A DNA stretch of 41,333 nucleotides from a virus (IMGVR_UViG_3300020045_011942:1-41333), one strand, 5' to 3'. Counted from the stretch's first letter, positions 1 to 9,363 are shown. Numbers and translations are program-made. The notes: generated by a model not told the origin, from the letters alone.

Positions 1-1
1 T

Positions 2-1234
2 CCTCTCGGAGAGAGTGACGAATCATCTGTCCTCGAAGGACAAGCGCGTCGTAATGAATTTCAAAGAATTAAGCTTGAGCAAGCAACTCGCAAAGCAGAA
101 ATGGCAGAGATGGCAGAGATGGCAGAGATGGTTGCCCCTGCGGGAGAGGAAGGTGGAGAACAAGCAGCGAAGTATCAAATGTATCTTTTTAACTATTTCG
201 ATGTTCCCCGTAAGCCATACATCTTTGCGACTATTTTTAATAATGAAAACAAGCCGATTGGACGCACGGACATGATTACTTTGTCGGCATCATTGCAGCG
301 TGGAATCGACAAGCGTAAATGCGACATCGACGAGAACGCAGAAATGGTGAACGGAATGCTCAAAGTGGACGCGACGGTGATGTCGAAAGCGGAAGCGCAG
401 CGCATTCGTTTCGAAACGAAAGGAATTATTTGGGGAAAGAATGTAAATACTGGTGTTACGCGTGAGACGGGCACACCACTTCCTCAATTCGTGTTTGAGG
501 ACATGGTGGATAGTCGTAGTGAGATCGACAATATCATGGCCGCAACTGCTGCTTTTCGTGGAGAACGACAAGGACAGGAAACGAAAGCAGGACGTATCGC
601 GCTTATTCAACAGTCATTTCAGCGTCTCAATGAGCTTGTGCAAACAACAGACTTTGTTGCACAAGAAATGTTCGCGTGGGCGATGCAACTCGCAAAGACT
701 CGATACACGGAATATCACTATGCAAAGTGGATGGGGAAGGAAGGTGCGCGCGAAGTCATTGAACTTATTCAGGACGACTTTGAAACAGGACTCGAGGTAA
801 AGGTTATCGCAGGAAAATCACTCCCGGTTGACGATGAGTTTAAATTCGAACAGGCGCAAGTGGACTTCGAAAAGGGTGCGCTTGGCCTTACGGACTATCT
901 TGAAGCGGCAAACTACGATGATGCGAAAACGAAGGCGCAGAACGCAGTCAAATATCGTCTTGCCCCTGCGGTTGCTGTCGGCATCCCAGCGGAGGAAATG
1001 CAAAAAATGAATCCTGCGCCCGAGGAGAAGCCGCCGTCAGTTTCGATCAAGTACGAAGATTTGCCGCCGGATGCCCAGGTACAACTTCTTGCGAAGATCG
1101 GAATCAATATAAACCCGGCGATGCTTGTCGCAGAAAAGATGGCAGATCAACGGAAGGAAAGAGAGAAAGACTCACTTGAGGCCGAACGCACACGAGCGGA
1201 GATGGAGAGAAAGCCAGTGGAAAAAGTTCTTTGA
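2..1234 (+). CDS. Portal protein, C-terminal part (5' truncated at window start)
   Basis: Frame is open from nt 2 (PLGESDESS...) through the listed ORF 101..1234. P22-like portal features (helical, 'FRGERQGQETKAGRIALIQQSFQRL', coiled C-terminus). Lies directly before scaffold/capsid; the N-terminal part is at the other window end after terL. Confidence 0.8.
   Translation, partial: PLGESDESSVLEGQARRNEFQRIKLEQATRKAEMAEMAEMAEMVAPAGEEGGEQAAKYQMYLFNYFDVPRKPYIFATIFNNENKPIGRTDMITLSASLQRGIDKRKCDIDENAEMVNGMLKVDATVMSKAEAQRIRFETKGIIWGKNVNTGVTRETGTPLPQFVFEDMVDSRSEIDNIMAATAAFRGERQGQETKAGRIALIQQSFQRLNELVQTTDFVAQEMFAWAMQLAKTRYTEYHYAKWMGKEGAREVIELIQDDFETGLEVKVIAGKSLPVDDEFKFEQAQVDFEKGALGLTDYLEAANYDDAKTKAQNAVKYRLAPAVAVGIPAEEMQKMNPAPEEKPPSVSIKYEDLPPDAQVQLLAKIGININPAMLVAEKMADQRKEREKDSLEAERTRAEMERKPVEKVL
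101..131 (+). repeat. 9-nt tandem repeat ATGGCAGAG x3 plus partial, encoding MAEMAEMAEM within the portal
   Basis: Read directly: atggcagag atggcagag atggcagag atgg. Confidence 0.95.
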
Positions 1235-1237
1235 CAT

Positions 1238-1379
1238 GTTTCTTTGAAGAGAGAAAGCGAGACACGCACGAATTTGAAATAAATGCTCGCCATTTCTCTT
1301 CAGGGAAACCTGAATTAAAAACATAGTACGACCAAGCAATCCGATTCAGCCGCAAGGCCAAGTTGAGGAGGGGCAGTCG
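1238..1379 (+). promoter_or_regulatory. Structured leader (two stem-loops) between portal and scaffold genes
   Basis: gtttc..tgaagaga..gcgag pairs with ctcgc..tctcttca..gaaac. A second element is closed by cgac/gtcg and contains a gcc-GCAA-ggc GNRA hairpin. Confidence 0.5.
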
Positions 1380-1390
1380 AAAAAATCGCT

Positions 1391-2098
1391 ATGATGGTAG
1401 ACGAAAGTATCGAAGTAGTTCCCAGTGAGGATAACGGTAATATTCCAGCGGAAGTTACCGACCCGACACCAAGTGAACCTACGACGACAGAAGATGCTCC
1501 CGCTAAAGAGGAGCCAGCACCACCTGCTGCGACCGAACCTGAGCTCTTTGAGCTTCCGGACGGACGAAAGGTGGATGCGGTTACACTTACGAAAGAATGG
1601 AAAGAAAACTTTCTTCCGGATTATACCCGTAAATCCCAAGCACTCGCTGCGAAGGAAACAACGATTACTAAAGTAGAAAAGAATCCAGTTGACGACCCTG
1701 AGTGGCAGCCAAAGTCGTATCAAGAACTTTTGGAAATTGCTGAAAGTCGCGTCCTTACGAAAATTGAGGAACGTGAAAAACAAGCGTTTGAACAAAAGCA
1801 AAATCTTGAAAATGAAGTGGCGTCTCAGCTCGACGCTGTAAAAAAACTAGATGCAAGCGTAAATGAGAATGCTCTCTTTCTCCATGCGACTAAGTACGGT
1901 TTTCGGGATCTCCGACAAGCGTATCAAAACATGAAAGATATGAGCGAAACGGTGAAGAAGGTACAGACAAAAACTGCTGCCGACATCGCCAAGCGCGTGG
2001 ATCCAGTCAGTGTTAAGCCAGGAGGCTCAGGAGCAAAACTCAATCCAAGCACTTTCTCAAGTGGGGTTGAGTATCTCCGTGCTCTCAAGGGACAATAA
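1391..2098 (+). CDS. Capsid scaffolding protein
   Basis: Acidic Pro/Glu-rich N-terminus, 'DYTRKSQALA' motif typical of phage scaffolds, coiled coil, position between portal and capsid. Confidence 0.8.
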   Translation: MMVDESIEVVPSEDNGNIPAEVTDPTPSEPTTTEDAPAKEEPAPPAATEPELFELPDGRKVDAVTLTKEWKENFLPDYTRKSQALAAKETTITKVEKNPVDDPEWQPKSYQELLEIAESRVLTKIEEREKQAFEQKQNLENEVASQLDAVKKLDASVNENALFLHATKYGFRDLRQAYQNMKDMSETVKKVQTKTAADIAKRVDPVSVKPGGSGAKLNPSTFSSGVEYLRALKGQ

Positions 2099-2113
2099 TT
2101 GGTCTAAAAAACT

Positions 2114-3187
2114 ATGATTTTTAACTCAGCAGTCACGACGACAACGCGCGAATTTATCGTTCCGCGTGTGTACGATCAGGTGACCACCGGCACTCCGGGG
2201 CTTATGACTTTCTTGCAAAAGAAGTTCAACGCTCCAAGTGGTGAATGGACAACTGGTACATCGTACAAGTTCGCAATTAAGTACCAGGACACCACTAACG
2301 GTGGTAACGCTGGTATCGCAGATCGTCTTGATACGGATCGTCAAAACGTCCGTGTCCAGGCAAACTTCAATCTCAAAATGACCTATAAGCCGGTTGTTGT
2401 TGCGATTGCAGAAACGACAGTAAACATGGGTGACGAACAGATCGTCAACTTGCTCGATACGGAGTTCGATTCTCAAGGCCAGTCGCTTATGAATAACCTT
2501 GCTCAGAACCTCTACACCGGCAACGGTACAGGTAATGATTGGGACTCATTGGCAAACGCAGCATCAGACTCAACTCTGTTTGCAACGTATGGCGATCTTT
2601 CTCGCTCAACTTACACCGCATGGCAGGGGTATTACCTTGCTTCAACTGGCGCATTGACGCTTGCGAAGCTTGCTACCGCTGACGATGCAGTAACCATTGG
2701 AGTAGATTCTCCGGATCTCGCCTTCACCACGAAGTCGATCTGGTCTACCTACGAGAGCTTGCTCACGCCTACGGTGCGCGCAAACTTCTCAACTGCTGGT
2801 TACCCACGCATGAATGCATGGGGCGGCGTTCCTTCAACACCTGGAAACGGTGCACAGCAAGGATTCGTTTACCTCGCATTCCGTGGTACTCCGATTGCAA
2901 AGGATGAACAGGTGCCATCAGGCAAGTTCTTCTTTGTAAACTCGAAGGGCTTCGGTTTCGTTGGCTTCAACTACCAGGACGAAAACATCATGACCGCGAA
3001 CTTCAAGCAGACAACTGACGCAGTTCCAGCAGGTGTTCCAGGTAACGTGAAATCAACTCGTGGCTTCCAGTTCCGTAAGATGATGTCTCCAGTCGATCAG
3101 TTGACCAAGGTTGGTTACTTGATCTATGCAGGTAACTTCATCGCGGTCGAGCCTCGTCTCAACGGTACGCTCGCAGGTACTACATGA
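2114..3187 (+). CDS. Major capsid protein (HK97 fold)
   Basis: 357 aa, follows scaffold; 'LAQNLYTGNGTG', 'FRGTPIAKDEQVPSGKFFFVN' and the C-terminal 'PRLNGTL' resemble HK97-fold capsid segments. Confidence 0.85.
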   Translation: MIFNSAVTTTTREFIVPRVYDQVTTGTPGLMTFLQKKFNAPSGEWTTGTSYKFAIKYQDTTNGGNAGIADRLDTDRQNVRVQANFNLKMTYKPVVVAIAETTVNMGDEQIVNLLDTEFDSQGQSLMNNLAQNLYTGNGTGNDWDSLANAASDSTLFATYGDLSRSTYTAWQGYYLASTGALTLAKLATADDAVTIGVDSPDLAFTTKSIWSTYESLLTPTVRANFSTAGYPRMNAWGGVPSTPGNGAQQGFVYLAFRGTPIAKDEQVPSGKFFFVNSKGFGFVGFNYQDENIMTANFKQTTDAVPAGVPGNVKSTRGFQFRKMMSPVDQLTKVGYLIYAGNFIAVEPRLNGTLAGTT

Positions 3188-3387
3188 GCCGTATGAGTGA
3201 AAAAATCCCTCACATGGTTGAGCAAATTATCAAGTTTTCCGATGGTACTGAGACAGTTATCAAGTACCGTGGAGTAATTGAAAATGGAATCCTTATGGAA
3301 GATCAACCAAACGTAGGTGCGGAGGCAGTTCCAGAACCAGAAGAAGTTGTGGAGGCTGCCCTAGCAGAAGAGAAAGTGGAGGAATAA
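3184..3387 (+). CDS. Small acidic hypothetical protein
   Basis: ATGA overlap with the capsid stop; 67 aa, Glu-rich tail. Confidence 0.6.
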   Translation: MSRMSEKIPHMVEQIIKFSDGTETVIKYRGVIENGILMEDQPNVGAEAVPEPEEVVEAALAEEKVEE

Positions 3388-3438
3388 TTTCCTTTTACCG
3401 CGAGATATTAAAGACTACGCGAGAAGGTATGCAAAATT

Positions 3439-4635
3439 ATGGCAATCGGAACAAAGAAGGTAGAGGATTACATTCCAGTAATCAAATATAACGAAGGCTT
3501 TTACTCGACACTGGACTTTACAGTGGCGACAGGGGCAGTAGTTACTCTTCCTTCAACAACGACCATTGGTGGTAGCGCGGTTGTAGCTTTGGGTGACATC
3601 ACTTCAAGCTCAACGACAGCAACTGCCTTCACGGTCACAAACTCTGGCATCTTCACTGGTGCTAGTGTCGTTAGCTTCGTTGCTAACAGCTTGACGACGG
3701 GAACACAATTCCTCGTCACAGCGAACGGCGTCACATCTGGTCACATGCTTAGTCTCGTTTCAACGGGAACTATCGTGACGACTGGTGATGTTCTCTCTAT
3801 CGCAGCTAACACAGCGACAACCTCAACAGGTATCGTTCGTGTGAGCGCGACCGGCCTTACGGACGGTTTTGCGATGGCGATTACCTCAGGAGGCGCGAAC
3901 CTTACAGCGAACGGAGGCGGTATCAATCTTTCTCTTGGTGCAAGCACCTTGGGAACTGGTATCTCAGTCGTTTCGACTGGAGCGATGATTACCACATCAA
4001 GCTTACTGACACTCACAGCTAACTCAGCGACTACGGCCGCTGGATTGCTGCGAATCAACGGTAACGCTTTGACGGACGGTAAAGGACTTGTCATCGCATC
4101 GTCGTCAGCAGTGATGACCTCAACGGGCCGCCTTCTTCATGTTTCCCATACGGGAAATGCTGGAGTTTCAGCGGTTCTTGCGGAAGTTTCTTCGGCGGCA
4201 GCGGATGAGACAGTCGTGTTTCAAGTATCTGCTTCGGCAGCACTTGCAGCAGGAAAAGTAGTGAACGTCTCAGGTGCGGCGGTTACAACCGGCACACTCT
4301 TGAGCGTTGCAAATGCGGATGCGTTGACGACAGGTATGATTGCTCAATTCAAGAGCAATAGTTCCGACGCAACAGCGCGTACGTTAGTGGACATTCATAA
4401 CGATCATGCTTCGGCAGTCGGTACAATTCCACTCAAGATTACCCAAGATGCTCCAACGTCAACGAACTTTAAGTTGATGATGACTCTTGGAACAATGCAG
4501 ATCTTCGTTTCTGACCAGACAAGCCCTAACACGGCGTTGACTGCGACGGAAGGATCAATCTGTTTGAACGGATCAGCCACCGGACAAGCCTTCTGGAATA
4601 CAGATGGTGCGACTGCGTGGACAGCATTAGCTTAA
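3439..4635 (+). CDS. Ser/Thr/Ala/Gly-rich virion protein with beta-solenoid-like repeats (head fibre/spike)
   Basis: Recurring ANSLTTG/ANGVTSG/ATGLTDG/GNALTDG/ADALTTG units; located in the head module. Confidence 0.6.
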   Translation: MAIGTKKVEDYIPVIKYNEGFYSTLDFTVATGAVVTLPSTTTIGGSAVVALGDITSSSTTATAFTVTNSGIFTGASVVSFVANSLTTGTQFLVTANGVTSGHMLSLVSTGTIVTTGDVLSIAANTATTSTGIVRVSATGLTDGFAMAITSGGANLTANGGGINLSLGASTLGTGISVVSTGAMITTSSLLTLTANSATTAAGLLRINGNALTDGKGLVIASSSAVMTSTGRLLHVSHTGNAGVSAVLAEVSSAAADETVVFQVSASAALAAGKVVNVSGAAVTTGTLLSVANADALTTGMIAQFKSNSSDATARTLVDIHNDHASAVGTIPLKITQDAPTSTNFKLMMTLGTMQIFVSDQTSPNTALTATEGSICLNGSATGQAFWNTDGATAWTALA

Positions 4636-4688
4636 CAAGTGTTGCTAACACAAATTGGCAAAGTTTAAGAGACGATGCCTGAAAAACT

Positions 4689-5384
4689 ATGAACCAAATT
4701 ACTTTCCAAAGCGTCTATCAGACGATTACCGCACGCGGCGAGTTTAAACTCGGCGAGCGTGGCATGACTCCTGATGGACGTGAATGGCAATTTGCTCAAT
4801 CGAGCGAAACCATTGCTAACAGTTCAGCAGTTATTCCTGCGGCCGTTGTTGATACCGACCTCTGGTCCTCGTCAACAGACAATCAAGGTCGCATCGTATA
4901 TGCGAACCGTGCTGCCAACTCGCTTACCGTTGGCGTGTACGAAGATGGTATCGGTATCGTGAACGAAGGTACTGGCGCAGGACAGACGTTCAAGATTCGC
5001 ACAAACAGTGCGACTCAGTTGACGCTCTATCCTGAAACGGCGCTTACAACCGCGCTTGCAGTTGCGGATTCAGACCTCATGTATCTCGTGATGTCGAAAG
5101 TTCGTCCTGCGGCGATTACTTCTAAGGTTCAGATGTGTCAAGGAGGCAACCAAGTTGCATTTGCTTCTGGTGATTACGGCTGGATTCTTACGAACGGAGA
5201 TGGACGCGCAGTTACGGGTGCAGCTCTCACCATCGGTGGGGGCTTCATCACTGGTGACGACACAGTAGGACAGGTTATTCCTGCGACTACTAACGTCGGC
5301 TCACTCGAACAACAGACCCTTGGTTATGCTATTACGGCATCAACCACAGATACAGGTGCTCTTGTCCGTTGGATTACACGATAG
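4689..5384 (+). CDS. Putative capsid decoration/cement protein
   Basis: N-terminal 'FKLGERGMTPDGREWQFAQ' and 'AFASGDYGWILTNG' resemble beta-tulip decoration proteins; head module position. Confidence 0.55.
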   Translation: MNQITFQSVYQTITARGEFKLGERGMTPDGREWQFAQSSETIANSSAVIPAAVVDTDLWSSSTDNQGRIVYANRAANSLTVGVYEDGIGIVNEGTGAGQTFKIRTNSATQLTLYPETALTTALAVADSDLMYLVMSKVRPAAITSKVQMCQGGNQVAFASGDYGWILTNGDGRAVTGAALTIGGGFITGDDTVGQVIPATTNVGSLEQQTLGYAITASTTDTGALVRWITR

Positions 5385-5484
5385 TGATCTGCTTTTCCCT
5401 CTCTTTTATAGGGAGGGAAGGTGCAGGACATTAGTTCTGCGACTGGAATGACAAAGCCAGTCTTACAAGTTAAGGATAAAAACT

Positions 5485-6132
5485 ATGCCACAAGCACAAG
5501 TTTCGAATCCAAATGACTTCAAAGTCGTAAAGTTCACAAACAGGAACGACTTTGGATTCACTCCTGAAATGGGCTGCATGTACGATGGCCGCCCCATCTT
5601 TGGTATTACAGGAGCTCCCGGCATCAATGGCGGGGAGAGTATCGTGCTGCCGTATCACATCGCGCAGCGTTTAGCCATTAACCTTGCAAAGATTGTTCAG
5701 TTGAGACGAGCACCGACTACGGATGCAGCGGGTATTCCAACAGGAGTTCCGCTTTGGTCTATTGAAGATCTCGAGTCGTTGAAGCAGTCTTACCTTGAGG
5801 AAATGTACTCTGAGGCAAGGCCCGTTGCGATGACGGAGACTGATAAATTGTTTGCGAGAGTTGAAGAATACAAGAAGATGGTAGATCAGCTTCTGGAAGT
5901 GAAGGGATCGACTCCACCTGTTCAGGCACCAGTTGAAGAGCCTCAAGCTCCTTCAATTCCGTCTGAAACCACAGAACCAAACCCGGGGACGGGCGCTCCT
6001 TCCAGTCCTTCTGCGGATAAAACAGGGCAAGTATTCAATGATAAGCAGGAAGTAATTGCTGCGCTTGAATCACGCGGAATCCCGCATGATAAGCGACTGC
6101 ATAAAGATAAGTTGGAATTGCTCTTGAAATAG
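5485..6132 (+). CDS. Hypothetical protein with C-terminal HeH/LEM-like helix-loop-helix
   Basis: Pro-rich linker then 'KQEVIAALESRGIPHDKRLHKDKLELLL'. Confidence 0.55.
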   Translation: MPQAQVSNPNDFKVVKFTNRNDFGFTPEMGCMYDGRPIFGITGAPGINGGESIVLPYHIAQRLAINLAKIVQLRRAPTTDAAGIPTGVPLWSIEDLESLKQSYLEEMYSEARPVAMTETDKLFARVEEYKKMVDQLLEVKGSTPPVQAPVEEPQAPSIPSETTEPNPGTGAPSSPSADKTGQVFNDKQEVIAALESRGIPHDKRLHKDKLELLLK

Positions 6133-6185
6133 GGGATTTTCCTGGCGCAAAGACGTGAAAAGTAGTGCAAGCCTACACAGGAATT

Positions 6186-6710
6186 ATGGAAGAAATTGAA
6201 GTAAGTAAAGCAAAAATGGACGCGCTCAAGGCGCTTGCTGACACCAATATCGCGGTTTCGCGAGCGAAAGAGACGCTGCAAGTTTTAGAGGAGAATGAGG
6301 CGAAGTATCTCTTGGAGAGAGAGAAAAAAGTCGTTGAGCGGGTAGGGAAAGCGCTTAACGATAGTGCGCAATTAGTAGAGCAAACAATACAGAATTATGA
6401 GCTTGTCAAGGGGTTTTCGGACTCTGTTACCGAGGCTGGTAAGAAAGTGTCGGAAGTGGTTGAAAGCATCGAGAAGCATTCAGCTCTCCATGAGGCGCGG
6501 GTTAGTGCGTGGGAAGCGAAGTGCAATGAACAAGATGCCTGGATTTCGGAGCAAAAAAAGGTGATACACTTAGGACACATATCTCTGAACTCCGAAAAGG
6601 AGGGTATCGAAAAGAGAAAAAAACTCCTAGATCAGATTGAGCGGAAATTAGTAGATGAGCGCGGAACGCTCGAACGAGCGATCAAGCGCCTAAAAGAAGG
6701 AAAGATTTAA
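6186..6710 (+). CDS. Coiled-coil hypothetical protein
   Basis: E/K/L-rich heptads; ATG 6186 chosen over GTG 6165. Confidence 0.65.
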   Translation: MEEIEVSKAKMDALKALADTNIAVSRAKETLQVLEENEAKYLLEREKKVVERVGKALNDSAQLVEQTIQNYELVKGFSDSVTEAGKKVSEVVESIEKHSALHEARVSAWEAKCNEQDAWISEQKKVIHLGHISLNSEKEGIEKRKKLLDQIERKLVDERGTLERAIKRLKEGKI

Positions 6711-6711
6711 T

Positions 6712-7041
6712 ATGTCACAAATTACTTCGGCTTTACCTGTAGATGCAAATCAAAAACCTATTGAAAATGGGAATCTTGTAGGTACGGTCCTCGCGGTCAC
6801 ATACGACGCAACTATCTCAAGCGCCACTTCCATATCCTTAAATGCAGCTACAACTTCTTTCGAAGTACTGGCGATTGATAAGCCTATTTTACTAAGATTC
6901 GCAGCAAATGTTTCGACATCTGCGTTTAATGCCGTTATCCCCGCAAATGGAAGTAAGGTTTTTTATCGAGATCCCGCTGTAACGACAATTTCAGTAATTG
7001 AAGCGTCTGCGACAGCAATCGTCGCGGTAATTGAAAGATAA
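6712..7041 (+). CDS. Small putative virion protein
   Basis: 109-aa beta-rich ORF tightly packed in the structural operon. Confidence 0.6.
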   Translation: MSQITSALPVDANQKPIENGNLVGTVLAVTYDATISSATSISLNAATTSFEVLAIDKPILLRFAANVSTSAFNAVIPANGSKVFYRDPAVTTISVIEASATAIVAVIER

Positions 7042-7042
7042 T

Positions 7043-7318
7043 ATGTCTGAAAATGCCTTCACAGATCAAAACTTTGTACCGACAAAGCTTGCGGTGCTGA
7101 ATACTGATACGGTGCAAGGCACGAATAAAGTTCGCATTCACCTCGACGAGCTAACGGGAGCTATGTCGGTAAACGAAAGTGACACTATTTCATTCACCAT
7201 GCAGCCGATTGACGCTCAAGACGAGAACTTCCGAGACTGCATGATGTTCGTTGGAAGTGACGGTTTAACTTATCCGTGGGTAGCTAACGCAGCGGGGGAA
7301 GTCCTCATTGACCGATAA
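7043..7318 (+). CDS. Small virion protein built from two copies of a 'DQNF/DENF' module
   Basis: AFTDQNFVP...DELTGAMSV and AQDENFRDCMMFVGSDG...GEVLID; the same module begins the next gene. Confidence 0.6.
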   Translation: MSENAFTDQNFVPTKLAVLNTDTVQGTNKVRIHLDELTGAMSVNESDTISFTMQPIDAQDENFRDCMMFVGSDGLTYPWVANAAGEVLIDR

Positions 7319-7322
7319 TTTT

Positions 7323-9362
7323 ATGGCAGAACAAGCTAAAAGAGATCAGAACTTTGTAACCTCAATGCTCTTCGTGGGGACTGATGGCGGCACGTACAAC
7401 GTGCATGGAGATGAATTGACCGGACGACTTTACGTTGACGTCGCAGGAGGCTCTGGCACCGTTACGAGCGTGTCGGTCGTCTCCGCAAATGGCTTTGCAG
7501 GAACAGTTGCAACGGCAACAACGACGCCAGCGATCACTCTTTCAACAACAGTAAATAGTCCTGTACTCGCAGGAAACGGAACAGCGATCAGTGCTGCTAC
7601 AACTACGGGATCGGGCTCGACAGTAGTTTTAAATAACTCCCCAACATTCGTTGATGATATTACCGTCGGAACGGCAGCAACAGCGACAGGATCTATTCTT
7701 TTCAAGGGGCTCACTTCGGGAACGGTTACTCTCTCAGTGGCAGATGCAGCAGGAACGTGGACATTGAAACTTCCTACGACAGATGGAGACAACTTACAAT
7801 TCTTACAGACTGATGGTGCTGGTAACACGACATGGGCTGCCCCCGCAGGAGGCGGAAACGTATCAAATACAGGTACACCAGCGAACAATCAAGTAGCCAT
7901 TTGGACAGATGCAACAACGATTGAGGGAGTCGCGGGACTTACCTTTGATGGAACAACTCTCACTACTACCGCACTCACGGTAGACAATATAACGGTTGAC
8001 TTAAACACTATTTCTTCCACGTCAGGAAACTTAAACATCACTCCGGTCGCAGGAAGCGCGATTGTGCTCGATGCAACGATAAGCATTGACGCAGGAGTCG
8101 TAACAGGAATCACATCACTTGGTGTTACTGGTACACGCGTAACCGCAGGATTCTTCGTCGATCTTACTGTAACGAATGCAATTGCTGGCTCAATCACAGG
8201 AACAGCCGCTGTTGCGACGACGGTAACGGTTGCTGACGAAGCCGCAGATACCTCATGCTTCGTAAACTTCACCACGGCGGCAACAGGAAACTTAGGCGTA
8301 AAGACGAACGCAGGACTCACCTTTAACTCGTCAACAGGGGCGCTCACTGCTACAAGCTTTGTTGGTTCAATCACAGGAAACGCTGCAACGGTTACATTCG
8401 CAAACGAAGCTACTGACACCTCATGTTTCATTGCATTCGGTACAGCGGCAACTGGTTCACTTCCTGTAAATACTAACGTAAACATGACGTTCGATTCTAG
8501 TACAGGAATTGCGACATTCGCCTCAACAGTTCTCACCACAACAGACATCAATGGAGGCACCATTGATGGAGTCACTATAGGGGGCACATCAGCAGGAAAT
8601 ATCACCGGACTTGTGATTACGGCGAATACTAGTTTCATGCCAGACGCCAATGATGGTGCCGTTCTCGGCGCATCAGGGACGGCTTTCTCGGATCTCTTCT
8701 TGGCATCGGGTGCAGTCATAAACTTCCTCGCAGGAGACGTCACAGTTACTCATTCGGCAGGAATCCTTACGGTTGCGGGATCTGGCGCGGGAGACTTGCG
8801 CGTTACGACGGCGGGTACGAACACAGCGTCTGTAGTTACAGTAGGAGGCACTCAAACACTCACTTCTAAGACACTTACCTCACCGACAATTACAACTGCA
8901 ACATTGTCTGGAGCACAGCAACTTGCAGAAAACGCGTCAATTACACTGGATCAGACGCTCTCGGCAGATGGCACTTATTCTGGAATTACGATTGCAGGAA
9001 CAGCGGGAGCAACGCTCGCATTCGGACAACTTGTTTACCTTGCCGTTGCAGACTCACGATGGGAGTTATGTGACGCGGATACTGCTGCCCTCGGATACGG
9101 AGTTCTTATCGGTATGTGTGTCTTGGCAGCAGCAGGGGACGGTTCAGCAACAACTATTCTCTTACAAGGAAATATTCGTGCAGATGCACAATTCCCTGCG
9201 CTCACTGTCGGTGCAGCCGCATACATGGGAGAAACAGCGGGCGCGATTCAAGTCGCAATCCCTACGGGAGCAGACAACACGGTTCGTGTCGTTGGTTTTG
9301 CTCTCACGGCCGATTCACTCTACTTCAATCCTTCATCAGATTCATCATCAACTGTCGCCTAG
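7323..9362 (+). CDS. Thr/Gly/Ala-rich fibre protein with C-terminal cement-like domain
   Basis: Fibre motifs (GSGTVTSVSV, LPTTDGDNLQFLQTDGAGNTTW, GTQTLTSKTLTSPTI), internal ~56-aa duplication, C-terminal 'TAGATLAFGQLVYL...VRVVGFA' domain. Confidence 0.75.
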   Translation: MAEQAKRDQNFVTSMLFVGTDGGTYNVHGDELTGRLYVDVAGGSGTVTSVSVVSANGFAGTVATATTTPAITLSTTVNSPVLAGNGTAISAATTTGSGSTVVLNNSPTFVDDITVGTAATATGSILFKGLTSGTVTLSVADAAGTWTLKLPTTDGDNLQFLQTDGAGNTTWAAPAGGGNVSNTGTPANNQVAIWTDATTIEGVAGLTFDGTTLTTTALTVDNITVDLNTISSTSGNLNITPVAGSAIVLDATISIDAGVVTGITSLGVTGTRVTAGFFVDLTVTNAIAGSITGTAAVATTVTVADEAADTSCFVNFTTAATGNLGVKTNAGLTFNSSTGALTATSFVGSITGNAATVTFANEATDTSCFIAFGTAATGSLPVNTNVNMTFDSSTGIATFASTVLTTTDINGGTIDGVTIGGTSAGNITGLVITANTSFMPDANDGAVLGASGTAFSDLFLASGAVINFLAGDVTVTHSAGILTVAGSGAGDLRVTTAGTNTASVVTVGGTQTLTSKTLTSPTITTATLSGAQQLAENASITLDQTLSADGTYSGITIAGTAGATLAFGQLVYLAVADSRWELCDADTAALGYGVLIGMCVLAAAGDGSATTILLQGNIRADAQFPALTVGAAAYMGETAGAIQVAIPTGADNTVRVVGFALTADSLYFNPSSDSSSTVA

Positions 9363-9363
9363 T

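Noticed and set aside
8187-8520. Fibre duplication as a diversity-generating retroelement TR/VR pair
   Set aside because: No reverse transcriptase is present, the differences are not adenine-specific, and both copies are in-frame coding.
7430-8743. Long antisense ORFs (152 and 284 aa) opposite the fibre gene, and similar ones opposite other genes (e.g. 26448..27293, 38105..38734)
   Set aside because: Shadow frames produced by codon bias of the real genes; no independent motifs or start context.
8923-9363. 5' extension of the 300-aa ORF overlapping the fibre C-terminus (possible frameshift product)
   Set aside because: No slippery site recognised; a good ATG at 9364 directly follows the fibre stop.
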